A DNA stretch of 64,000 bases from Patescibacteria group bacterium (GTDB lineage: Bacteria; Patescibacteriota; Patescibacteriia; UBA10025; JAHIVO01), in NCBI GenBank assembly GCA_049325535.1, contig JBMOKY010000001.1, positions 157,002 to 221,001 on the forward strand, read 5' to 3'. Shown piece by piece: positions 10,800 through 20,161 of this stretch. The notes under the pieces were generated by a model that worked only from the letters and a program-made list of their open reading frames with translations, had not been told where the DNA came from and made no database searches. Every line of letters begins with the position of its first letter. Positions within the stretch are counted from its first letter, which is position 1. The position numbers were made by a program, and so were the translations under genes.

Positions 10800-12125
10800 A
10801 TGGAAACCTTACTCGAAAAAAATATACGTGATATCGTAGCACTGACCCCGGCCGACCTCGTTCGACAGGACATCGCTGATCAGATGGTGGAGGTGGTCTA
10901 TGAATATGAGCGGACAGCTCGTTTTGGTGATCTGAGTAAGCTGGTCAATTTTTTCTCGTCGCGTCTGACGCATGATTTCGAGCGGGCGTATCCGGAGCGG
11001 GCGCAGCTGTACTGGTCACTGCTCATCTGGACGAAATTCGTGGTACTGCATCTCTTGCCGGATGATGACGTGGAGCAATTGATGGCCAAACACCTACTCG
11101 AGGGATTTGATCTGGAGATCGACATCCGCCAGCGGATCAAGCTGCTTTTTCAGCAGAGCTGGGACCCGTATCTGCGGGGGGAAAAGCGCGATCGCCTGCT
11201 GAAGGCTTTTTCGGAAAATGAGCAGCAGCTCTGGCCGGGCAAACTGGAGCTAGGTAACGGGCGGATGGCACCGGCTACTGTATCGAATATACTGCTTGAC
11301 TACAATCGTTTTGCCAAATCTGATGAACCGCGTGGGAGCCTGGAGCAGGCGAGCTATCTGGATCGTAGCCCCAATACCAAAGGTTTGACCGAATCGAATC
11401 GAGCCCGGGTGCTGCAAATCATTCAGCTGTATGATTTTGTCCGCTATCCGCCGATTGAGGAGATGGCACGCGAACAGGTGGTTTCCCCACTGATTCAGAG
11501 CGGTCCGAAAGCCCCAGGCGCCAAACGGGCGCTGCCGGATGAACCGTTGCAAATTCCCGGCCAGGGGGTACCCCTCTCGGCCACGATAGTGGACCCTATG
11601 GAGCGTCTAAAAATTCAGTATCAGACATATCGGGCAAAGCGTCGGCCGGTTCTCGATGCCGAAGATGCGCTGATGGTCGGTACCGGGGGCGATGTCCAGG
11701 CGTTGAAACGCGAACTCGCGGCAGCATCGCGCAACCGGGAAAAATACCGGCTGATCGCCTGTCTGAAGATCTTGGCCCGGGAGCAGGCGCTGGTGACTGC
11801 TGTTCAGTCCAGTCCGGCTTGGCAGCAGGCGACCGCTGATTTCGTAGTCAGGAAATATCGGGATGAAATCAGCGATCGGGAATTGCCCCTGGTGCAGCAG
11901 CAGGCAAAGTCGCGCGCGGACCTGCCGCAGGTACTGGCTGAATTTCTCCAGTATTTGTTACGTGAAAAATTGGAAATGAGCCAGAATGATTCCGCCCTGG
12001 TCGGTGTGGAGATTGGACAATTATTGGGCGGTAGTTTCGAGGGCATGGCCTATGGCAATCAGCAAACCGGTGAATTTGAGTGGGCGCGGTATGCTGTGCG
12101 TGACGGGCAACTCGTTCCCCGGTAG
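10800..12125 (+). CDS. Hypothetical cytoplasmic protein (441 aa)
   Basis: Long ORF 12 nt after the previous stop, same strand; no recognisable motif. Confidence 0.8.
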   Translation: METLLEKNIRDIVALTPADLVRQDIADQMVEVVYEYERTARFGDLSKLVNFFSSRLTHDFERAYPERAQLYWSLLIWTKFVVLHLLPDDDVEQLMAKHLLEGFDLEIDIRQRIKLLFQQSWDPYLRGEKRDRLLKAFSENEQQLWPGKLELGNGRMAPATVSNILLDYNRFAKSDEPRGSLEQASYLDRSPNTKGLTESNRARVLQIIQLYDFVRYPPIEEMAREQVVSPLIQSGPKAPGAKRALPDEPLQIPGQGVPLSATIVDPMERLKIQYQTYRAKRRPVLDAEDALMVGTGGDVQALKRELAAASRNREKYRLIACLKILAREQALVTAVQSSPAWQQATADFVVRKYRDEISDRELPLVQQQAKSRADLPQVLAEFLQYLLREKLEMSQNDSALVGVEIGQLLGGSFEGMAYGNQQTGEFEWARYAVRDGQLVPR

Positions 12126-12223
12126 TTGACGTCAATCAATTTTTTCTTGGGTGTCCCGCATGCTCTAGCAGGCATGGAGGTTGATTTTTTGCGTACAATT
12201 TGGCACAATAAGACAAACGCACT

Positions 12224-13846
12224 ATGGGTACGCGACGAGAATCCTATAAGGTAATTGCCCGCGACCATGCCACCATGTTTTTTCATTTGGCGGCATATAT
12301 TGAGGCGACTGCCACCACCTCGCGGCGTATTATCGGTATGCCCGACACCTCGCTGGCGGGCATCACGGAAAATGGTTTTTGGAAATATTCCGCGCAGATG
12401 CGGAAAGCGCTGGCGGCGACTCGGCATACGCTGAAGAAATTGGAGGGCGCGTCGTTTTTCCGCCGGGTCTATGACCAGCAGAAAAAAAGTTGTGCCGCAG
12501 TAGTGCGGCAGACGCGGCAGATTCGGGATGCCCGCATCAGCCAGTGGTCAGATCGACAGCTCGTGGCTGCTTATCGGAGGATCTATAGGCTCTGGGTCGA
12601 GATGAATGCTTGGGGTCAGGTGCCAAATCTGGCTGATTTTGAGCATTTTCTGCTGACGGAAAAAATCATGGGATTTCTGCGCGAACGCTCAAGCGGCAAA
12701 TCGATTTCTCCGGCGGAAGCGTTTGGCGTATTAGTAGCGCCGGTGGAGCGGTCGCCTTTGGCCCGGTATGAAGGAGATTTGTATACTGTGCTTGGCCGTA
12801 TTCAGGCGGATACCGCCGCCCGCAATATGTTCCGTCGGCATGCGACAGCGGATATCGATATCCGACTGCGGTCATTTCCCGTGCTGCAACGCACGGTGAA
12901 TCAGCTGGTGCGGCGGTATGACTGGATGCAGTACCATTATAATGGTCCAACCATACTCAGTCGATCGTATTTCATCGAGCTGCTCGCAAGTGAGATCAGG
13001 CAGGGAGTGGATGCTCGAGCAAAAGCTGCTGCTCAGGCCGCCCATATTCCCCAAACAAAAGCCGAGCAGCGACGAATCGCGGCACTGCTTGGCTTGACTG
13101 ACCATGAGCGGTACTGGGTGTGTGTAGCCCGGACATTTGCTTATCTGAAAGCATTGCGCAAGGATACGGTCTTCATCGGCAGCCGCAATTCCGAGCAGCT
13201 ATTTTCCGAGCTCGGCCGTCGGCTCCACATCAGTCGTACTCAGGCGCGCTACCTGTCGCCGGACGAGGCAGAGCGGTGGCTGCGGCGCGGTCGGGCAGAC
13301 GTCGATCTGGTCAATGACCGGTATCGGCTCAGCGTGATCTATGCTGATGAAAAAAAATTACATATCATCACCGGCGCACCGGCAAAAAAAATGAGCAAGC
13401 TTTTTTATGAAGAACAAGCGCCAAAACATGTGAAAGAACTGACCGGCACATCAGCCTATCCCGGTCGGGTGCGCGGTCGGGTGAAGATCATCATCCATGC
13501 TGATGACATGCAGCGGATGAACCGAGGGGATATCCTGATTTCTCCCGCCACAAATCCAAATGTCGTCCCAGCTATGAAGATTGCCGGCGCGATCGTGACG
13601 GATGAGGGCGGAGTGACCTGTCATGCGGCGATTGTGTCTCGGGAATTGAGAAAACCTTGCGTCATCGGCACGCGGGTGGCCACCAAAGTATTCACAGACG
13701 GCGACCGAGTGGAGGTGGATGCGCAGCGCGGCATCGTTCGTAAACTTCCCGATCAGTCTGTTACTGTATCCCAGCGCCATGTGAAGTTCTCTACCCATCC
13801 CAAGCGTGGCGCGCGGGCGACGAAAGGCGGGGTAAGGAAAATATGA
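12224..13846 (+). CDS. PEP-utilizing enzyme mobile (phospho-His swivel) domain protein, paralog 1; no ATP-grasp domain
   Basis: C-terminal GTSAYPGRVRG...GDIL...AIVTDEGGVTCHAAIVSRELRKPCVIGT; His codon at 13622; ~400-aa helical N-terminal region. Confidence 0.9.
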   Translation: MGTRRESYKVIARDHATMFFHLAAYIEATATTSRRIIGMPDTSLAGITENGFWKYSAQMRKALAATRHTLKKLEGASFFRRVYDQQKKSCAAVVRQTRQIRDARISQWSDRQLVAAYRRIYRLWVEMNAWGQVPNLADFEHFLLTEKIMGFLRERSSGKSISPAEAFGVLVAPVERSPLARYEGDLYTVLGRIQADTAARNMFRRHATADIDIRLRSFPVLQRTVNQLVRRYDWMQYHYNGPTILSRSYFIELLASEIRQGVDARAKAAAQAAHIPQTKAEQRRIAALLGLTDHERYWVCVARTFAYLKALRKDTVFIGSRNSEQLFSELGRRLHISRTQARYLSPDEAERWLRRGRADVDLVNDRYRLSVIYADEKKLHIITGAPAKKMSKLFYEEQAPKHVKELTGTSAYPGRVRGRVKIIIHADDMQRMNRGDILISPATNPNVVPAMKIAGAIVTDEGGVTCHAAIVSRELRKPCVIGTRVATKVFTDGDRVEVDAQRGIVRKLPDQSVTVSQRHVKFSTHPKRGARATKGGVRKI

Positions 13847-15456
13847 AACACCCGCGATTTTTATATGATGCCGATCCATGGATGCTCGGCGAGGATATCC
13901 CTGATGCCGATGTTTTTTTTGCCCAGATCTGGCAGTCGGCATTTGTGAATGAATTTTCCCGTCCGAGTGGCCGGGCATATCGGAAATTGCTCAATGTCCA
14001 GCGGGGTCAGCACCTCTGGTTTTATTTTGGAGAGCGGGATTCATATGATGCCGGTGAACATATAGCCCGGCGAATCATTGGCGATCCTCAATGGGCGACC
14101 ACTATCAATAAGAATATCGTGCTCTGGGCCGATCGACTGCGCGGATTTGCCGAAACAATCCCCGATGATTCTTTAGCAGCGTTGTCCAATGCGGCGCTGT
14201 GGCGGTGGTATCGAAAACACGACGCGGTACATACGCAATATTATCAATGGTGCTGGATCCCCGTCGGTGCTGACATGTTCCATGACAATCTGACCAATCG
14301 GGTGAAGCGGTATCTCCGACAGCGTACGCCCGAAGATAACATCAATGAATACCTGGTCATATTGACGCAGCCGCGCAAGAAGTCGCTGATCCAAATAGAA
14401 CATGAGGATTTCCTGAAAATCGCCGGGGTGATTTACCGTCATACGAAACAGCGGGACATTTTCAGGAAACTGTATCGGACATTCCAGGAGCAGCAGACCG
14501 CGCCCATGGGTCTCAAAACGCACACTCCCGAGTATGAACGCGTGCTCGAAGAGCGAGTGAAGGGCATGAAAGCTCAAATCCCCTCCTCGATACTCAGACG
14601 TATTGAGCGCCATTACCGGGCGTATTATTATGTGAAATTCATGTGGATCGGCAAAGACGGAGTGTATTCGTTTGACCACTACCTGAAAGAGCTGGTGAAG
14701 CTGATTGGCAGCGGGGTAAACCCGCTTATGGAATTAGCCAGGCTCGGTCGTGAGTTCAGGCGGCAACAGCAGGTGCGACAGCGGCTGATGAAAAAATTGC
14801 GGATCGGACCGAAATGGCGGAAGGTGTTTGATGAGTGGGGCGATTTCATGGTGACCAAGATCTACCGCCGCTATGCCCAGATATATGCCATCTACCGGAT
14901 GCAGCCGATACTGAGGGAGATCGCTCGGCGTATCCGGTTGTCCGATGGGGACGTCCGGTTCATGCTGAAAGATGAAGTGCGCCAGGCGCTGCTGCAGAAA
15001 AAAGTGAACCGCGCTGCCATCCGTTCGCGCAGGAAACTGGCGGTGTATTATTATGAAAAGGGCTTAGAAATGGTATTTACCGGAGCCAGAGCCCGAGCGT
15101 TGGTGAAGCGGGTAGAAAAAATACACACGCATGATGTTCGTGAGGTGACAGGCCAGGTGGGCTGCGTCGGTATGGCTGCCGGCATCGTGAAGTTGGTTTT
15201 TCGTCCATCAGACATGCCCAAGATGAATACCGGGGATATTTTAGTGTCGATCGCCACGGATCCTGATATCGTACCCGCCATGAAAAAAGCAGCAGCCATC
15301 GTGACTGAGCAGGGCGGCATGACGTCGCACGCGGCCATCGTCGCTCGCGAGCTTGGTATCCCCTGCGTCATCGGCACGAAAATCGCCACTAAAGTATTCA
15401 CAGACGGCGACCGGGTGGAAGTGGATGCGACGAAAGGAATTGTGCGGAAGATATGA
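13843..15456 (+). CDS. PEP-utilizing enzyme mobile domain protein, paralog 2
   Basis: AIVTEQGGMTSHAAIVARELGIPCVIGT, His codon at 15328; ATGA overlap with the upstream gene. Confidence 0.9.
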   Translation: MKHPRFLYDADPWMLGEDIPDADVFFAQIWQSAFVNEFSRPSGRAYRKLLNVQRGQHLWFYFGERDSYDAGEHIARRIIGDPQWATTINKNIVLWADRLRGFAETIPDDSLAALSNAALWRWYRKHDAVHTQYYQWCWIPVGADMFHDNLTNRVKRYLRQRTPEDNINEYLVILTQPRKKSLIQIEHEDFLKIAGVIYRHTKQRDIFRKLYRTFQEQQTAPMGLKTHTPEYERVLEERVKGMKAQIPSSILRRIERHYRAYYYVKFMWIGKDGVYSFDHYLKELVKLIGSGVNPLMELARLGREFRRQQQVRQRLMKKLRIGPKWRKVFDEWGDFMVTKIYRRYAQIYAIYRMQPILREIARRIRLSDGDVRFMLKDEVRQALLQKKVNRAAIRSRRKLAVYYYEKGLEMVFTGARARALVKRVEKIHTHDVREVTGQVGCVGMAAGIVKLVFRPSDMPKMNTGDILVSIATDPDIVPAMKKAAAIVTEQGGMTSHAAIVARELGIPCVIGTKIATKVFTDGDRVEVDATKGIVRKI

Positions 15457-16802
15457 ACACTATCAAATGGGTCAAACAACTGACTCGAGAAAATACACTA
15501 CTGGATCGCTCGCTCCGGACCGCTGCGTATTATGACAGTGTGCGAAAAATTGGTGCGGCCCGCTTTGCGGAAGCGCTTGTTGTCGGGTTTGGATCGGTTT
15601 CGTCATTTTATTATTCCGCGGCTGACTATAGAAAACAACGCGCCATCATAGCCCGTGAATTCCATGGGCCAAACATGTATCAGATGAGCGAGCAGATGGT
15701 GCATGCATTGGAACAGGCATACCGTTGGAGTCGAGCTGCTCGACGCCAGCACGTATCCGCGCGGCAGTATGCCGATTTTTTCCGGGAGTTTCAGCTTCAT
15801 CACGCTCATGCCCGAGGAGCCATCGTATATGGGTACTGGGGTGAGCCGTCGGCGCGCGCCAGCCTGCGCGCAGCATTACGTCGCCGTTTGTCGGCACGTC
15901 GGAGTGATGCTGTACTTTCCTTGTTGTCTTCCCCGCGCTATGTCCCCGGAGTACTCCAGCGGTTGCGGCGTCTCCCATCCCAGTCAGAGCGCCAGCGTTT
16001 GCAGCTGATGCGATCGATCGGTCTGAGTAAATCGGCCCAGCAAAAGGTGGAGCACATGAGTTGGCTGACATTTTTTTATGAATATGGGGAATTTGTCGCT
16101 GGGCATGTATACCAGACGCTGGTAATGCACCTCCGGCACTTAGCACGAAGCGATAGACAATTCCACGATCTCGAATGGTATGATCCGATTTCACTCAAGC
16201 GCTATTTCCAGGGCAAACGATTATCCCCAGATGAATTAGACAGGCGCCGTGAGTGTTATATCATAGAAATGAAGCACGGTCGATGGAAAATACTGTCAGG
16301 GAAGGCAGCGCGGCAATATTATCACCGATTGTTCGGAAATGACTCTCGCCGTACCGTAGCCGCACCGATAGTGAAAGGTATGACCGCTCAACCGGGCAGG
16401 GTAGTCGGGACAGTGCGAATTGTCATCAGGCGAGCTGACCAGGCTTCAGTTTGCGAGGGTGATATAATCGTTTCGCCCATGACCACCCCTCATCTGATGA
16501 CCGCCGTACGAAAGGCGGCGGCGATAGTAACGGACGAGGGTGGCATGACGGCGCACGCTGCCATCGTCGCTCGTGAGCTGAAGGTTCCGTGCGTTGTCGG
16601 AACAAAAAACGCCACCACGGTATTTAAAGACGGCGATATGGTAGAAGTGGATGCGCAGCGCGGCATCGTCCGCAAACTGCCCGATCAGTCTGAGGTAGTA
16701 AACCAGCGACGTGATGACAGAGCACCGCAGATCCGCGCGAAGTCCCGCACCCGCCGCAGGCGTGGTGTGCGAGCCACTCGTGGAATAGTCAAGAAAGTAT
16801 AA
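15453..16802 (+). CDS. PEP-utilizing enzyme mobile domain protein, paralog 3
   Basis: AIVTDEGGMTAHAAIVARELKVPCVVGT, His codon at 16554; ATGA overlap with the upstream gene. Confidence 0.9.
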   Translation: MNTIKWVKQLTRENTLLDRSLRTAAYYDSVRKIGAARFAEALVVGFGSVSSFYYSAADYRKQRAIIAREFHGPNMYQMSEQMVHALEQAYRWSRAARRQHVSARQYADFFREFQLHHAHARGAIVYGYWGEPSARASLRAALRRRLSARRSDAVLSLLSSPRYVPGVLQRLRRLPSQSERQRLQLMRSIGLSKSAQQKVEHMSWLTFFYEYGEFVAGHVYQTLVMHLRHLARSDRQFHDLEWYDPISLKRYFQGKRLSPDELDRRRECYIIEMKHGRWKILSGKAARQYYHRLFGNDSRRTVAAPIVKGMTAQPGRVVGTVRIVIRRADQASVCEGDIIVSPMTTPHLMTAVRKAAAIVTDEGGMTAHAAIVARELKVPCVVGTKNATTVFKDGDMVEVDAQRGIVRKLPDQSEVVNQRRDDRAPQIRAKSRTRRRRGVRATRGIVKKV

Positions 16803-16804
16803 AT

Positions 16805-17386
16805 ATGTTTACTGGTATTATTTCCGCACAATCAAAGGTAATGGGTCACGCAGGCGCCGACGGGAGCATAGTGTTTGCATTTCAGCGGCCGCCGAAGTGG
16901 CACATCAAGAAGGGCGACAGTATTGCCGTCAATGGTATTTGTTCTACGGTGTCGGGCTTGACCCGAACGTCATTTGCGGTTGAGTACATGCCCGAGACAG
17001 TGCACAAGACCACGGTGGCACAGTGGCAGCGCGGGATGGGAGTCAACCTGGAATCGAGTTTACGCTATGGTGATACGCTTGGCGGACACCTGGTGATGGG
17101 GCATATTGATTGCGTCGGTATCGTGCGGCAGGTTGGTCGCCAGGGGCGGTCACGCGCCGTACGCATCGCGATTCCACGGAAGTTTTCGCGATATATCGCC
17201 CCTAAGGGCTCGGTAGCCATCGACGGGGTAAGTCTGACGGTGGTGCGGGCAGGACGCGGCTTTTTTTCCGTCGCATTAGTTGACTACACCCGGCGCCACA
17301 CAACGCTTGGTTTCCTTCGCGAGGGGATGGCAGCCAATATCGAATGTGATATCGTGGGTAAATATTTAGAACAATTAGCAGCATAA
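16805..17386 (+). CDS. ribE: Riboflavin synthase (alpha chain)
   Basis: Canonical MFTGII N-terminus, GDSIAVNGICST, VNLE, GGHLVMGHID, KGSVAIDGVSLTV, NIECDIVGKY. Confidence 0.95.
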   Translation: MFTGIISAQSKVMGHAGADGSIVFAFQRPPKWHIKKGDSIAVNGICSTVSGLTRTSFAVEYMPETVHKTTVAQWQRGMGVNLESSLRYGDTLGGHLVMGHIDCVGIVRQVGRQGRSRAVRIAIPRKFSRYIAPKGSVAIDGVSLTVVRAGRGFFSVALVDYTRRHTTLGFLREGMAANIECDIVGKYLEQLAA

Positions 17387-17390
17387 TTCT

Positions 17391-17849
17391 ATGCGGCGAC
17401 TCAAACTGCCTCATATTCAAAAACTATCGGGGAGTACAATGCGCGTTGGGATTGTCGTTTCGGATTTCAATGGTGATATCACCAGCCGATTGCTGCATGG
17501 CGCCACGACCGCACTGCGGAAGTACGGTGTCGTGCCGCGCAATATCACGGTGGTACACGTGCCGGGCGGCTTTGAGATCCCCCTCGCCTGCCAGCGGCTT
17601 GCGCGTACAAAAAAATTCGACGCACTGGTAGCGCTCGGTTGTGTGATCAAGGGCGCCACTGACCATTATTATTACATCGCCGGCGAGGCGTCGCGGGGCA
17701 TCATGCGGGTCATGCTTGACCATGGCATTCCCATCGGATTCGGCGTATTGACTACCCACACGCTCGCGCAGGCGCGGGCACGATCCAGTCAGCGTGATAA
17801 TGCGGGTCGGCATGCGGTTGAAGCGGCGTTGGTGATGGCACTGAAATGA
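17391..17849 (+). CDS. ribH: 6,7-dimethyl-8-ribityllumazine synthase
   Basis: IVVSDFN, VPGGFEIP, LGCVIKGATDH, PIGFGVLT, QARAR motifs. Confidence 0.95.
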   Translation: MRRLKLPHIQKLSGSTMRVGIVVSDFNGDITSRLLHGATTALRKYGVVPRNITVVHVPGGFEIPLACQRLARTKKFDALVALGCVIKGATDHYYYIAGEASRGIMRVMLDHGIPIGFGVLTTHTLAQARARSSQRDNAGRHAVEAALVMALK

Positions 17850-18469
17850 AATCCTCTATCAAACTCATCCTCTGGGATTTTAATGGGGTGACGGTAGTTG
17901 GTGACCACACCTTAACATCAAAACACTTCGGCAAGAAACACCATGCGCCATGGCGGCGGGTATATGCAATTTTGTATACCAAATATTTTAATCAACTGGC
18001 GCTGAATACAATCAGCGAACAGAAAGCGTGGTCAGCGCCCCTGCGGGAATTAGGCTGGCATGAAGACTGGCGGGCGGTACGGCGGTGGCACCTCGGGCAG
18101 CAGCGTCTCCGCACAACCGTGATCGGGTATGTCCAGTCATTGCGGCGTCGCGGATACCAGTGTGTGCTGTTCAGTAAGAATTATGAACCGTGGGTCAAAT
18201 ACCAAGAACGGCGCTTACATTTCAGTCGGTATTTTGACGACGTGCTGAATACGCAGAAATATAACCTGCCGAAAGCCAGCCAGAAAACCATCCGGTTTGT
18301 CTGCCGGCGGTATGCGGTTAAACCCGAGGAGATTATCTATATCGACGATCAGCGGATCAATCTGATTGAAGCGCAAAAGCTCGGCGTACAGATACTGCAC
18401 TATCGTACTTTCAAACAGACTCGTCACCAATTGACGAAGTTACTCCTTCGCTCGGCTACACCCGAGTAG
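17846..18469 (+). CDS. HAD-superfamily hydrolase
   Basis: Motif I ILWDFNGV (DxN variant), motif II FSKN, motif III PK, motif IV IYIDD; ATGA overlap with ribH. Confidence 0.8.
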   Translation: MKSSIKLILWDFNGVTVVGDHTLTSKHFGKKHHAPWRRVYAILYTKYFNQLALNTISEQKAWSAPLRELGWHEDWRAVRRWHLGQQRLRTTVIGYVQSLRRRGYQCVLFSKNYEPWVKYQERRLHFSRYFDDVLNTQKYNLPKASQKTIRFVCRRYAVKPEEIIYIDDQRINLIEAQKLGVQILHYRTFKQTRHQLTKLLLRSATPE

Positions 18470-19172
18470 ATCCTTTCCGGTGTTTTCTCAGGTAGGCGCG
18501 GAAATATGTCCACTTGGCTGTATCCTGGTGCCAGTAGTTCGGGTAGCGCACATACCACCGCATCAGTTGCAGCCCCTCTGCTGAAATAAACCCATGCTGG
18601 TACTGGGCGGTCATGATCTCGTCCAGGCTGCACATGCTCCACAGGCGCACGCGCAAGCTTTTGGTCCAGCGGTCTGCTCCGGGACTTCCCCTATGGGCGA
18701 CCACCATCAGGTCGGTCACGGTAAATCCCGTAGCCCGTACGTTGCGCACGAATTTTTTCTTTGAGGTGCCATTTGCCGTGGCGTCATCGATGATCAGGGC
18801 GCGACTGCCTTTTTTTATACTCGGTACGTTTCCTTCTACCGCCTGTCCCAGGCCGCCTTTTTTCGGATCCTTCCGTACGTACAGGAATGGTTTGCGAAGC
18901 AGTAGAGCCAGCGCGGTAGCAATGGGTATGCCGGCAGTGGCGCAGCCGACGATGACATCGGATGTGATACGGTGCTGCCGGATGATGCGTGCCAATTCAC
19001 GGGCTACTATTTGGATGTTGCCCGGTTTCGTGTACATCTTCCGCATGTCGGGATAGAGCGGAATCCACCACCCGCCGGTGGTCTGGTAGGGGCCGACGGT
19101 AGTGAAATGCGGTGTAGCGCCAAACAGAGAAATGATTTTTTTGTTATGAAAATAGTGTGCGTAGTCAGTCAT
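18456..19172 (-). CDS. Type I phosphoribosyltransferase, orotate PRTase (PyrE)-like
   Basis: VIVGCATAGIP, LYVRKDPKKGG, PRPP-binding LIIDDATANGTS; N-terminus divergent, so substrate uncertain. Confidence 0.75.
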   Translation of the reverse strand: MTDYAHYFHNKKIISLFGATPHFTTVGPYQTTGGWWIPLYPDMRKMYTKPGNIQIVARELARIIRQHRITSDVIVGCATAGIPIATALALLLRKPFLYVRKDPKKGGLGQAVEGNVPSIKKGSRALIIDDATANGTSKKKFVRNVRATGFTVTDLMVVAHRGSPGADRWTKSLRVRLWSMCSLDEIMTAQYQHGFISAEGLQLMRWYVRYPNYWHQDTAKWTYFRAYLRKHRKGSTRV

Positions 19173-19178
19173 GGGTAC

Positions 19179-19187
19179 AGTATACCA
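19179..19187 (-). promoter_or_regulatory. Extended -10 promoter (TGgTATACT) 6 nt upstream of the PRTase ATG; probable leaderless mRNA
   Basis: Reverse complement of 19170-19187 reads TGGTATACT-GTACCC-ATG. Confidence 0.55.
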
Positions 19188-19200
19188 CCAGCGGGTAAAT

Positions 19201-19236
19201 AAAAAAGCGCGTCAACCCGAGGGCAGTTGACGCGCT
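19201..19236 (-). terminator. Rho-independent terminator after histidine phosphatase 1
   Basis: 11-bp inverted repeat agcgcgtcaac (19206-19216) / gttgacgcgct (19226-19236) next to an A-run (U-tract on minus strand). Confidence 0.8.
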
Positions 19237-19262
19237 GATAGGCATGGGGCCGACACGCGCCG

Positions 19263-19946
19263 TTAGCGGCGCGTAATCTTTGCCATTTTGACAAAGTCCA
19301 CGACGCCGTCGGTGTGCCGGTTGCGTTTGACCTCAACCGGTACGTTGTTTTCGTCGAACACGATGTCGTAGGCTTCGCATTCCCACAGGGCGCCGTCGAT
19401 CTCGTCAAGTCGGAAGCGCAGCGGAGCGGTATTACCTCCGCCTGCCCCAGCTTTCCGCTGAGCCAGAACCGCGACCGGTTCGATGCAGCCACCGTGGGAG
19501 AAAATAACCGCCACTTCTCCATCGGCGAGTTCATGTGCAATGCTGCAAATGCGCTCGTAGCCGGCCTCACCTCGCTCGATGAGGTACTCGGCTAGGTTAG
19601 CCTCCGGTTCGAATATCGCTTCCTCGATCGTCAGATTCTTCTGGCAGCCGATTTCCTTCAGCCGGGCAATGATGTCCGGTTTCGGAGTGCCGTTCCATTC
19701 GGGCGGCATCTGGTCGAACGTCGCATCGGTTTCGATGGCGCAGTCACTGATGCCAGCAGCCGGCAGGTAAATGACAGCGGTTTCCTGGGCGCGCGGTGCC
19801 GGAGAAGAGACAACCTTCTTCACCGTGGTCAGGGGGTTCATGCCACCGGCGATTGTTGCCAGGGCGGTACCGAATTTGCTGTCTTTGACAGCATTGGCGC
19901 CATCGATGGTGACCGAGTGACGAACCATACGCACGAGTTTCATCAT
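19263..19946 (-). CDS. Histidine phosphatase superfamily protein 1
   Basis: VRMVRHS, VVSSPAPRAQETA, VIFSHGG catalytic motifs; strong SD (AGGAGG) before the start. Confidence 0.85.
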   Translation of the reverse strand: MMKLVRMVRHSVTIDGANAVKDSKFGTALATIAGGMNPLTTVKKVVSSPAPRAQETAVIYLPAAGISDCAIETDATFDQMPPEWNGTPKPDIIARLKEIGCQKNLTIEEAIFEPEANLAEYLIERGEAGYERICSIAHELADGEVAVIFSHGGCIEPVAVLAQRKAGAGGGNTAPLRFRLDEIDGALWECEAYDIVFDENNVPVEVKRNRHTDGVVDFVKMAKITRR

Positions 19947-20040
19947 TTCCTCCTGTCCCAGCCGGGACGGTTTTCAGTTACAGTATTTGTATCGTTTATT
20001 GCCTATTGTATAGATGCCAAGGTGCAAAAAATAACCAGCC

Positions 20041-20069
20041 ATACTAACATGCATTAGCGGATTTGTCAA
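20041..20069 (-). promoter_or_regulatory. Sigma70-type promoter TTGACA-17-TAGTAT for 19946 gene
   Basis: tgtcaa at 20064-20069, atacta at 20041-20046, 17-nt spacer. Confidence 0.7.
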
Positions 20070-20097
20070 TAGATATAGGCTGTATTACTGACAAATC

Positions 20098-20140
20098 AAA
20101 AAAAAGAACCCCCAGCGTATGCGTGTGCATACGACTGGGG
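20098..20140 (-). terminator. Rho-independent terminator after histidine phosphatase 2
   Basis: Stem ccccag-cgtatgc / gcatacg-a-ctgggg (20110-20140) with nearby A-run at 20098-20105. Confidence 0.7.
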
Positions 20141-20161
20141 ATTGTGCAGGGAAAGGGGGGC

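Noticed and set aside
12126-12223. FMN riboswitch; perfect palindrome TTGACGTCAA at 12126-12135
   Set aside because: Spacer too short and lacks RFN consensus; a single 10-bp palindrome is expected by chance.
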